From positions 29,669 to 93,668 of the forward strand of contig JABMNL010000028.1 of assembly GCA_013204585.1 (NCBI GenBank): a stretch of DNA of 64,000 bases. The letters run 5' to 3'. This DNA is from SAR202 cluster bacterium. GTDB lineage: Bacteria > Chloroflexota > Dehalococcoidia > Lucifugimonadales > UBA3495. The notes under the pieces are model-generated. The model made no database searches, had not been told where the DNA came from, and worked only from the letters and a program-made list of their open reading frames with translations. Both the position numbers and the translations under genes were made by a program. Shown here one piece after another: positions 17,867 through 26,900 of the stretch (position 1 is the first letter of the stretch; each line of letters starts with the position of its first letter).

Positions 17867-19152
17867 ACACGAAACCAACAACTTCGCCATTTCAAGAGGC
17901 TGGCAAAGGGCTAAAACGCTTAGCCTCCAGCCTCGCCATATCTGAAAGGTCAATCTGGCTCCTGCGGTCAAATGCCAAAGGCAGGCAGCCCGATGCCGGA
18001 GAACGGTACGTTGTTGCCGTGCTCCAATCTCTGGCGGTTTTCCGCCTTGTCTCCTTCGCCCTGGGCTCGACTTTGGTGTTCTTCCTCAACCCAAGCGATT
18101 TGGACTCTTTGGCCTTGGGCTCGGTAGTTTTGGGCGTTGGCATGTTCAACGTCTACCGGATTCTTTGGCGGTTCGATCCTTCCAATCCAAGGTTGTTTAT
18201 CGAATGGGGGAGTCTCTGCGCCGATGTGGCCCTTAGTATCACCATGATATTGGTATCTGGCGGGCTCGATAGTCCATTTCTAATCTATTCCCTCTCACCC
18301 GTTCTCACGGCAAGTCTGCTATTAACCATGCGCGGCGCGGTAGCCATTGCGCTGGTATTAGCCCTGTCAGTCTCCGGGGCCCATATTGCCGCGGGGCTCG
18401 ACGTAAACGACCTGCCATGGCTGCTTAGTCGCAATTATCTGGTCTTGTCCCTCCTCTACTCGGCTGTTTGCCTATTGGTTGTGAGCCTGCCATTCTTAGC
18501 AAACCTAAACTGGCAACACAGAGTACGTTCCGAGTCCCTAGCCAGCGAACGCCAGCGGCTGAGGAGAGACGTCCACGACAATGTAGCCCAAACCTTGGCC
18601 TTTCTTTCCCTAAAGATGAAGCTAGCTAGCCAACGCTCATCGGAGGGACGAAGCCCGATTACCGAGCAAGACGTAGCCGACATCAGCAGCATCGTTGAAC
18701 GGACCTATCTAACGGTCAGAGACTATCTGGACGGCAACGAAGAAGAGAACCAGGAGCCGCTGCACCAACAATTGTCCGCCATCGCAAGCCAGTGGAACCG
18801 GGACACCGGATTGTCGGCGAAGCTCGACATGGACCGAGACGAAGAAGACCTTAATCCAACGGTCAAATTCCAACTCCTACAAGTCACCCGAGAAGCATTG
18901 GCTAACGTGGCCAAACACGCCTACCCGGACAACGTTTGGGTGTCCCTAAAATGCTCCAACGGTAACGTGAACATACGGGTTAAAGACGATGGCCGAGGAT
19001 TCGCCAGCACAGAGCTTAGGGGGCATGGCATGGGCATAATGAGCGAACGTGCCGCTATGGCTGGCGCCAACCTGAGCATTGAAAGCTCACCTGGGAACGG
19101 CACTACTGTGACCATCGAATACACAAGAAATGCGGAGCGTGTTAGCTCATGA
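17863..19152 (+). CDS. Sensor histidine kinase (HisKA_3 / NarX-like class) with multi-TM sensor
   Basis: Start at ATG 17863 (ATGA overlap with the pilD stop). It has five to six TM helices, H-box RRDVHDNVAQTL, N-box NVAKHA, G1 DDGRGF and G2 GHGMGI. Confidence 0.85.
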   Translation: MNTKPTTSPFQEAGKGLKRLASSLAISERSIWLLRSNAKGRQPDAGERYVVAVLQSLAVFRLVSFALGSTLVFFLNPSDLDSLALGSVVLGVGMFNVYRILWRFDPSNPRLFIEWGSLCADVALSITMILVSGGLDSPFLIYSLSPVLTASLLLTMRGAVAIALVLALSVSGAHIAAGLDVNDLPWLLSRNYLVLSLLYSAVCLLVVSLPFLANLNWQHRVRSESLASERQRLRRDVHDNVAQTLAFLSLKMKLASQRSSEGRSPITEQDVADISSIVERTYLTVRDYLDGNEEENQEPLHQQLSAIASQWNRDTGLSAKLDMDRDEEDLNPTVKFQLLQVTREALANVAKHAYPDNVWVSLKCSNGNVNIRVKDDGRGFASTELRGHGMGIMSERAAMAGANLSIESSPGNGTTVTIEYTRNAERVSS

Positions 19153-19835
19153 GTAACATCAGGGTGTTAGTAGTCGACGATCACGATCTCTTCCGGCGCG
19201 GACTTATTGAGGTCCTGCAAGAAGACCCGGACATGGAAGTAATCGGAGAGGCCCGTAACGGCAAAGAAGCAATTGAAATGGCCGGGGAATTAAGTCCCGA
19301 CCTAGTCTTCATGGACCTTAATATGCCTGGCCAGAACGGGATTGAGGCCACTGCCTTCATTACCCAGAAATGGCCCGATATGAAGGTTCTGGTCTTGACT
19401 GTCTCCGAAGAAGCTGGCGACTTATATCAGGCGTTAAGCGTCGGAGCCCGTGGCTATGTCCTAAAGATTTCTAGTCCAGCAGAGATATTGGATGCGCTGC
19501 GGCAAGTCCACCAAGGCTGGGTGGTAGTATCCCCCGCCATGGCACCCAGGTTCCTATCAGACCTGTCCCAGGCAACCGGAAATGCCGGCGGTGGCAGAGG
19601 GCAAGGCAGAGGCGGTAACAACGATGTGGTTTTGACTGTCCGCGAGCAAGAGATTCTGCGGCTTGTTGCCCGAGGTTTGTCCAATGCGGGAATCGCTGGA
19701 GAACTGATGGTCTCCGAGAATACAGTAAAAACCCATATCAAGAACATTTTGGGAAAGCTTCACATGAAGAACCGAAGCGAGGCTGCCAACTACGCCAACA
19801 GGCTGGGCATTACGCAATCCGATGGCTCTCCATAA
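19149..19835 (+). CDS. Response regulator, NarL/LuxR family
   Basis: ATGA overlap with the kinase stop. REC domain (VLVVDDHDLFRRG, DLVFMDLNMPG) and LuxR HTH (LTVREQEILRLVARGLSN...TVKTHIKNILGKL). The linker is unusually Gly/Arg-rich (GNAGGGRGQGRGGNN). Confidence 0.9.
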   Translation: MSNIRVLVVDDHDLFRRGLIEVLQEDPDMEVIGEARNGKEAIEMAGELSPDLVFMDLNMPGQNGIEATAFITQKWPDMKVLVLTVSEEAGDLYQALSVGARGYVLKISSPAEILDALRQVHQGWVVVSPAMAPRFLSDLSQATGNAGGGRGQGRGGNNDVVLTVREQEILRLVARGLSNAGIAGELMVSENTVKTHIKNILGKLHMKNRSEAANYANRLGITQSDGSP

Positions 19836-19874
19836 GCCTGAAACAGGGGAGCTAAATCGGGTTCAGAAACTAGG

Positions 19875-20630
19875 CTAGCAACTAGCTGTCTTGACCACGA
19901 AATCACGGGTACTGGCTCGGTCATTATCTGGAGTGATTTTCCCGTAAGTTTTATCCACTCTCCAAACCCCATAGAAATTCGCGCTGCCCTTGTCTTTGAC
20001 CAAGTATTCTCCCGCAGGGGCGTCATACGCAGCCTCAAAATCGGTGGTCTTGAGGTCAGGGAAGCACTTAACTAGGTAAGCCCAAACCGTATTGATGGCA
20101 TCGCTGGAGGTTTGCAGCACCGGGGCAGGCAAAACCAACCTGGGAGTCTGCGTCGGCAATACCAGAATGGAGCTAGTCGCCGAATTACAATTTGAATCTA
20201 AAAACTTCTGCCACTCATCCGCCAACGGGTCGTGTGGATTAAGTCTCCCCGAAAAAGAGTCAATCTTCCAGATGCCAAATTGCTGGCTAGAATCAAGCTG
20301 AGCTTTAACGTACCAATCATTTTGGACCTGGTATGAAACCAAGTCCTGGGGGTCAAAGCTTACGCAGCGGCTAAGGTAGGCCCACACCAAATTTCTGGCG
20401 TCGTTCCCCGCCTGGACAGACCGGGTTACCGGGGTTGCCGTGCGCCCTCCCAAAAACGACGGGAGAATCGGCCGCAACGTAGGCGTAGGCGTAGGTGCTG
20501 CAGCCGTAAAGGTGGGCCTAAGGGTGGGCCTAGGCGTTCTGGTAGGCCTGGGCGTGGGGTCACGGCCAGTTAGGCCGCAAGCGACGCCAACAGTAAGCAG
20601 AACCAATAATAAAAGAAAGACTTTAGCCAC
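19875..20630 (-). CDS. Putative lipoprotein with Pro/Thr-rich linker and two tandem copies of an unknown Cys-containing domain
   Basis: Signal peptide plus lipobox LLTVGVAC. An internal duplication is visible (NLVWAYLSRC...FGIWKID...NC versus NTVWAYLVKC...YGVWRVD...SC). Confidence 0.6.
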   Translation of the reverse strand: MAKVFLLLLVLLTVGVACGLTGRDPTPRPTRTPRPTLRPTFTAAAPTPTPTLRPILPSFLGGRTATPVTRSVQAGNDARNLVWAYLSRCVSFDPQDLVSYQVQNDWYVKAQLDSSQQFGIWKIDSFSGRLNPHDPLADEWQKFLDSNCNSATSSILVLPTQTPRLVLPAPVLQTSSDAINTVWAYLVKCFPDLKTTDFEAAYDAPAGEYLVKDKGSANFYGVWRVDKTYGKITPDNDRASTRDFVVKTASC

Positions 20631-20891
20631 TAATTTTCTTTGTCTCCCGCGCTATTCGCTAAAAATACTGTACCCCATCAACATAGCCCAGACAACGGCC
20701 TCAACCGACACACAATTAAACATTCAACCAGATTGCCCGCCTATCTGAGGCAACGTGGCCAAAAAGGGCTAGCCCGTTAATCACCCTCACTTTCACCCAA
20801 AATAGGGATTTAAATATCTCAGGGTAGATGCAAAATGAGTTCAGTCGGTTCTAGCGCGCCGACATAATTAGGAAAGGGGAGCACAAACCAA

Positions 20892-21587
20892 ATGGTACAA
20901 AGACTTAAAAGGGCAGTTTTCAACAACCAGCGTGGTTTCACACTTCTGGAGTTGCTCGCAGTCATGTCGATTATGGCCGTTCTCGCTGGCATCGTCACAA
21001 CTTCCGTTAGCGGAACAAGTGAAGACAGCCGCGACGCCCAGGCGATACAGGACTCAACCACTGTTGGCAGCGCCGCAGCCGATTATTTTTCAGACCAGGA
21101 CGGCGCGGAGATTATTACGCCTGAAGAAGTAGAAGTGTTAAGCCTTTTCCCGAACACTACTCAAGAGATTAGCACCCGGTGGCCTGAGGACTTCGTAACC
21201 AGCGTTTACCGGAACGTCTTACCTCCGGACAACGCAACCACAGTTACCGACATAGCCTTCTTAGACTCAGAAGGCGCAATCTTGACCGCCGTAGTGGCAG
21301 AAACCAACGAAGCAATTAACTTTACCGTGCCAGACCTATTGACCGGATTCACTGCCGTTGATTTCAATATTTTGATTGATCAGAACTACATGAGCTCTGT
21401 ACCCGACAGCTATAGCCAGAAAAGCGGGCTTTACGCCAACTACCTGTGGCTATTTGAAAAGGCTGACTCCGCTGGCAGCGCCGGAGAGTCCGTCTCCCGT
21501 AACGTGGCATTGTTCAAACTCATCGTAGTACAGAAGTTAGATGCAGGCACCGAACATGTATCCTTGGTCTACCAAAGAGTCCATTAA
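20892..21587 (+). CDS. Type IV pilin (prepilin-type N-terminal cleavage/methylation domain), candidate major pilin
   Basis: Class III signal peptide ...NNQRG|FTLLELLAVMSIMAVLAGIV with Glu at +5. GGGGAG RBS. Confidence 0.85.
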   Translation: MVQRLKRAVFNNQRGFTLLELLAVMSIMAVLAGIVTTSVSGTSEDSRDAQAIQDSTTVGSAAADYFSDQDGAEIITPEEVEVLSLFPNTTQEISTRWPEDFVTSVYRNVLPPDNATTVTDIAFLDSEGAILTAVVAETNEAINFTVPDLLTGFTAVDFNILIDQNYMSSVPDSYSQKSGLYANYLWLFEKADSAGSAGESVSRNVALFKLIVVQKLDAGTEHVSLVYQRVH

Positions 21588-21706
21588 AGGTCTCGGTAGC
21601 CCGCGACAAATGCGGGAATATGAGCAGGACTTACGTTCTCAATCTTTACCGCTGAATTAGAGACCAGGCGAAATAATCCGAAAGGAAGATGGATGGGAGG
21701 CATACA

Positions 21707-22489
21707 ATGAACCTACTAAAGCAAATCCTAAAAGGGCAACGAGGCTTCACACTGGTGGAGATGGTCGTGGTCGTCGCCATCATGGGCGTAATGGCCGCGG
21801 TAGCCGTCCCCGTAGTGACGAACAACCTCAATAAATCTAAGGAACGTGCCTACGCCCAGGACGTTGCCATGATTCAGACGTCGATAGACAGCTATTTCAC
21901 GGCTGCCGATAACCCGCGTCACCTCGGACTCCGCCAGTACCCAATCAGGGCAAAAAGCGACTCCGGCACGCCTATCAAATGGTCCGATTTTGCTTCTGGT
22001 AACGTGACAGCGATTAACCCGATGCTTGGCACCCAGGGAGGTCAGCCTTTCTGGAGAGACAACGCAAACGGCGAGCGCGACGTACTAAAGACCAACGGCG
22101 CCGCTGAATTGCTTAGTCCGGTCAAAGACATTGATATCAACTCCGCAGCCCCAGGCACCGATAGCTGGTATGCCGGGAAAGTTGACCTACAGGGCACGAT
22201 GTACGCAGTAGACACCCGTGGGTACTTCATCGACTTCGATGTACTGATTAAGGCAGGCCTGCTTAAGGCCGCTCCCGAGTCCGCTTCGACCGACAACGGC
22301 GGAGTGTCCACCGGCGGCGGATCCTATGGTTGGTTCGTGAACGCCAACGGATCGGTAGACTCCATTCTGTCGGTGTTCCCATACAACGGTCAGCTGCTAA
22401 CCGACGGAATCGTCGGTAGCGCCATCACCGATGCATCGGGAGTAAAGGCCTCCGACCTGAGGGGCTTCGTGGCAGGGATTTACCCGTAA
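21707..22489 (+). CDS. Type IV pilin-like protein (prepilin-type N-terminus)
   Basis: Start at ATG 21707 (GGGAGG RBS). Leader MNLLKQILKGQRG|FTLVEMVVVVAIMGVMAAV. Confidence 0.8.
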   Translation: MNLLKQILKGQRGFTLVEMVVVVAIMGVMAAVAVPVVTNNLNKSKERAYAQDVAMIQTSIDSYFTAADNPRHLGLRQYPIRAKSDSGTPIKWSDFASGNVTAINPMLGTQGGQPFWRDNANGERDVLKTNGAAELLSPVKDIDINSAAPGTDSWYAGKVDLQGTMYAVDTRGYFIDFDVLIKAGLLKAAPESASTDNGGVSTGGGSYGWFVNANGSVDSILSVFPYNGQLLTDGIVGSAITDASGVKASDLRGFVAGIYP

Positions 22490-22657
22490 TCCCCCTCTCT
22501 TAGCGCAGAGTGCCAACGGTACTCGTTAGTATGCCTCCTAGGCCCATCTCCCACCTAAACCTGGGAGATGGGCCCGCCTCGGACCCACCCACCCTCAGCC
22601 AGTCTGAGCGAATAGATTAACCGATTGAACCCACCCGAAGGACCAAAGGAGCATCCA

Positions 22658-23161
22658 ATGCTCCCACAACAAATGAAAACTCCCGAACATGCCGGGTCGC
22701 CGAAAACGGCTGGCTGTAGTCTTTTGACTACGGCTATCATGCGTTGTGGGGCTTGGCTAGGCTCCCTGAGACGCTCATTAAGCCTCCAGCGTGGGTTTTC
22801 TCTCCTCGAGTCCATTGCTGCAATCGGCGTAATCGGAATTGCAGTTGTGGGCAGCGTCAACTTATTGAACAGCACGGTGCAAACGTCACACGACACCCAG
22901 GGCGACCTTGGATTAATCCAGTTGCTCAGGGCACAAGTAGAGACAATAGAAAACGTCCCCTATAACGATGATGTTTCGAAGTATCCACAAATCTTAAATA
23001 TTCCGGATAACGTATTCCTTTCAATTGAATCGTTCGATCCTGGGATCACCTATGTCTCCAACGGCGTCGCCCTTGGTCAGGTGATTCAACAGATTGAAGT
23101 CACCGCGAAGAAGGACGAAGAAAAGGCCAGCATGATCTTCTACAAGATTAAGAAACGTTGA
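22658..23161 (+). CDS. Minor pilin-like protein (prepilin-type N-terminus)
   Basis: Motif LQRG|FSLLESIAAIGVIGIAVVG. The start is uncertain (22625, 22658 with AAGGAG RBS, or 22739) and the leader would be unusually long. Confidence 0.65.
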   Translation: MLPQQMKTPEHAGSPKTAGCSLLTTAIMRCGAWLGSLRRSLSLQRGFSLLESIAAIGVIGIAVVGSVNLLNSTVQTSHDTQGDLGLIQLLRAQVETIENVPYNDDVSKYPQILNIPDNVFLSIESFDPGITYVSNGVALGQVIQQIEVTAKKDEEKASMIFYKIKKR

Positions 23162-23162
23162 A

Positions 23163-23195
23163 GATTAACAAACGATTAACAAACGATTAACAAAC
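23163..23195. repeat. Tandem repeat, 11 bp x 3 (GATTAACAAAC)
   Basis: Three perfect copies end 1 nt before the ATG of the next pilin gene and replace any SD sequence. Confidence 0.9.
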
Positions 23196-23196
23196 C

Positions 23197-23793
23197 ATGA
23201 AAATCTTTAAGTCGCAACTAGGGAACTCACTGATTGAATTAACGGTGGCAATGGCCATTGCGGGCGTAATGTCTGTGCCCTTGACTGGGATAATTGCCGC
23301 ACAGCTGCGAGTGCCGCTACGGATTTCAAACGAGGTAAGCACGGCCAGCAAGCTCCAGTCTTCGACGATTGTTCTGCTCAACGATGCCGTTTCCGCCCAG
23401 TCATTCACCCCTGGCGAAAGCCCAGAGTACGGAACATTTAAGTGGCTAGAGTTCGCCGGCACCGTCCCTATTGCCGCCCAAGCGCGATACTTCTGGCAAG
23501 AAGAGGCTGTGTGGCGGGTATTGACCCGTCAAGGCTCTGCTTCGCCACCATTCCTGGTCCTTACAGACATTAAAACCCCTACCGACGTTGTATTCACACA
23601 CACACCGTCAGAATGGGTCTTCGACAACGACACCAAGAGCTGGAATTACGTTAGAGGACGGATTGCGGTCGACTTGGACGTCGATAGGGAATCGACTTCA
23701 GATTTCAAGAAGTTGCTAAGCCGTGGTGTATTAGTCGCCGACTTTAGGCCAGCGCTGGAACGGCCAGCGCCATTCCCGAGTCCGCTGCGCTGA
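23197..23793 (+). CDS. Minor pilin-like protein (prepilin-type N-terminus)
   Basis: Leader MKIFKSQLG|NSLIELTVAMAIAGVMSV with Glu at +5. 198 aa. Confidence 0.7.
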   Translation: MKIFKSQLGNSLIELTVAMAIAGVMSVPLTGIIAAQLRVPLRISNEVSTASKLQSSTIVLLNDAVSAQSFTPGESPEYGTFKWLEFAGTVPIAAQARYFWQEEAVWRVLTRQGSASPPFLVLTDIKTPTDVVFTHTPSEWVFDNDTKSWNYVRGRIAVDLDVDRESTSDFKKLLSRGVLVADFRPALERPAPFPSPLR

Positions 23794-23908
23794 AAAACCG
23801 AAACGGCGCGAGTCTTAGGATTCTCGGCGTATATGACTCCAAACATTTTAAAGAAACTAAAAGGGAGCGGATGACCGCTCTTAACGCTTAACCTACCTTG
23901 AAAAAACT

Positions 23909-26900
23909 TTGAAAAAACTTTTCACATTAATCGCCAATAGCCAATCAGGTGCCATTCTCCCAATGGCAATTCTGTCGTCTCTAATTGGCATTTTGGTGAT
24001 TGTTCCGGTGGCGGTCACGGTTGCTACCACCGCCCGCAGCCAAGGCGACCTGTTGGACATAACCAACGAGGCCTATCTTGCTGAGGCGGGCGTCGCGGTA
24101 GTGATTGAAGACCTAATTCGCGGCGCCGATGGCGACCCACCCAACCCGTTCAATTACGTACCGCCGGTAGTAAACATCGGCGGCAAGGTACCCTACACAA
24201 CCGTCGAGTCTCTGAAAGACGATGCCGCACCAACCATAACCAGCCGACGGCTACTGAATTACGGCAAAGCTGGAGACCCCACAGTCACCGTAGGCACATT
24301 ATCCGTCGACCCAGATAAAGACGACCACTCGTACGATCATTCGTACGAAGGTGACGGTTACGGCTACGATGACGACTACGAAAAAAAGAAGTACCAATAC
24401 CCATTCGTCTTCGATGTGAAAGGTGGAGGCTTAGCGGACGGCACTGCAACTGCAGGTGTTCTTCCTGACGGTCTCTCGGATGTAGGCATCGGCTACAACG
24501 CCGACCCACAGAGGGTGGAATTTACCATTGTCAGCGAGATTGTGGCATTCGACCCGACCCTAACCGGCGAAGTCCAAATTGACCTCCAAGCATGGGAAGA
24601 ATCGGCTCAGCTAGAAGTTTACGTCTATGAATTAGATTCAGACGCGGACGACAAGGCCATCGGCAAATTACCGGACGAACCTGATGAGACCCGTGTTATT
24701 GACCACGACCACGACAAAAAGAAGTCGGACCATCTCCACGACGCCCTCCATGACGACCACTCTGAAAATGACGCTACAGAAGGGCACGTAGACCATTTTG
24801 GCGGCGACCACCACGGCCACGTAGCTGGCATCGGCGGCCCGCATCCCCATTTGACCCATAATGACCATCACTACGGCCAGGTGGTCGGTGACGACGATGA
24901 CGATGCGCATCATAGTCACCACGGGTATCACGAATATGAAGACGACGACCTTCTTCACCACCACGCGGCGACCGGCGATATTCTGTTGTTACATGAAGAA
25001 GACCATCCTCACCACAAAGGGCATGGCCATAAGCACCACAAGCACGAGGGAGACCATTACCATCACGGGTCAACGGACGTAACCGTTACCCTGAGCGAGG
25101 GCGCTCTGGAGTACCTCAATCAAAATAAGTACGTAAAGATTAAGGTCGTGGCCACGGTCTACTCAGACCCAGAGCATCATCACCTTGCCCACACAAATGA
25201 TGATAGCCAGGTCGAAATCAAAGGCAACAGTTTCAAGCACGACCACTATCACCATTGGCTTCGAAAAGACCGGCCAAACTTTGAACTCCATGTGGGAGGG
25301 GTCAACTTTGCGTTGGTCGGTCCGGTAACGGTCGATACTCGGTTCATGGCCGGACCCATTGTTTTGAACCGTGGCTCTCTAGTGTCCGGCGGCCCCGTCG
25401 ATACGAAAGAAGACGATTTGTCGTATTACATATTCGAAAGCGACGACGAAAGGGTCGAATTCGAGTTGACCAGTAATAAATTCGACCTGAAAAATCTAGA
25501 CACCCTCGTAGTGCCGTTCATTGTTCGGACCCACCAAATCAACTTGCCCGGTGGCGATAAATACCCCCATGAGCATGACCATGATTATGATGGAAAACAT
25601 GACGACGACGGTCACGACCACAAAGACGATCACAAAGACGTAGAAGTAGAAATTAGGGTGTACAACCCCAATGATCCCAAGGCCGACAAATATGACGGCT
25701 TCAGCAAGATTGACCGGTTCAAGCAGAAGATTGAGGCGAGTTACGTAGACCGATACATGGCCTTCGAGATTGGCCAAGACGGCATTGACTACGTCAACAG
25801 CTTGGCAGACAAACAAGTCCGGGTGCGGTTCACATTCAAAGGCTCTAAAGAATTCCGGGTTGAACTCGACCGGCTAACGTTCTTTGCGACATCCACCGAG
25901 TCACGGAATACTCTGCTGGCTGAAGCATCGCACCAATATATTGACCCTGCGACCAGCGATGATAATTTCAAGGTTGTACCGGCGGGAAGCAGCTATGTCC
26001 TCCAATTGAACAACGTCCGTTCCGGGCTGATGAGCGTCAACTGGGCGTTCCTGCCGTTGCCCATAACTGGCGCAAAGCATAAAGACAAGCATAACGAAAT
26101 ATCAATCAAGGTCTTCCGTGGCACGGTACTAGACCACGGTGATGTAATTCCGGCTGGCCGATATTTCGGTGACCCCAAAGACAAAGACGGCAACGACCTA
26201 GTCGAAAAAGCCCATATCCACCCTGGGCACGGCGAGACCTTCGTAAGGACGGGTTTGTTTGAGGTCCAACCCGGAATTTACACCATTGTGTTCGCCAACG
26301 ACGTGGACGACCACGACTACTATGATAATGACGACGATGACCGCGACGGCAAATATAAGGGTCCTCCGCCGTCGGTGTACACCAAAAAATTCTCAGACAG
26401 CGGCAGGACCGATAGCACATGGGTATTTGGTTCCTCTTACCGAGACTACCTAATCCAGAGCAAGTTCGGTCAGGTCGCTGTGAAAACGGTGGTTCGCCAG
26501 GTGCCAGGCCCCATCGCAGCTCTGCCATGGACGCCAGAAAAGGCTTCTCTATCACCACATCAGGTGTTCGTCCAGTCATGGCATGAACCGGTTGGCATAG
26601 CAGAAATAATTGTCGACAAGGATAGCGACTACATCTGGGACACGATTGACGGCGCGTGGGAAATAGATGCGTTCGAAAAAGGTACGTTCGTTGACGAAAG
26701 CGACATAACTTCGAAACGGTTCACCGACCAGCACCGCAAGGGCACTACCTACGGACAGGTTGTGGAGTCGGGAGGCCTAATCGTCAACGTTGTCGACGTC
26801 AATTCCGACGACCTGGGAGTCCTTATTACAGTAACCGGCCGGGGCACAAACCAGGCCACATTGAGCGTCTGTGGAAGCACTGTGTATTTGACCAACGGCG

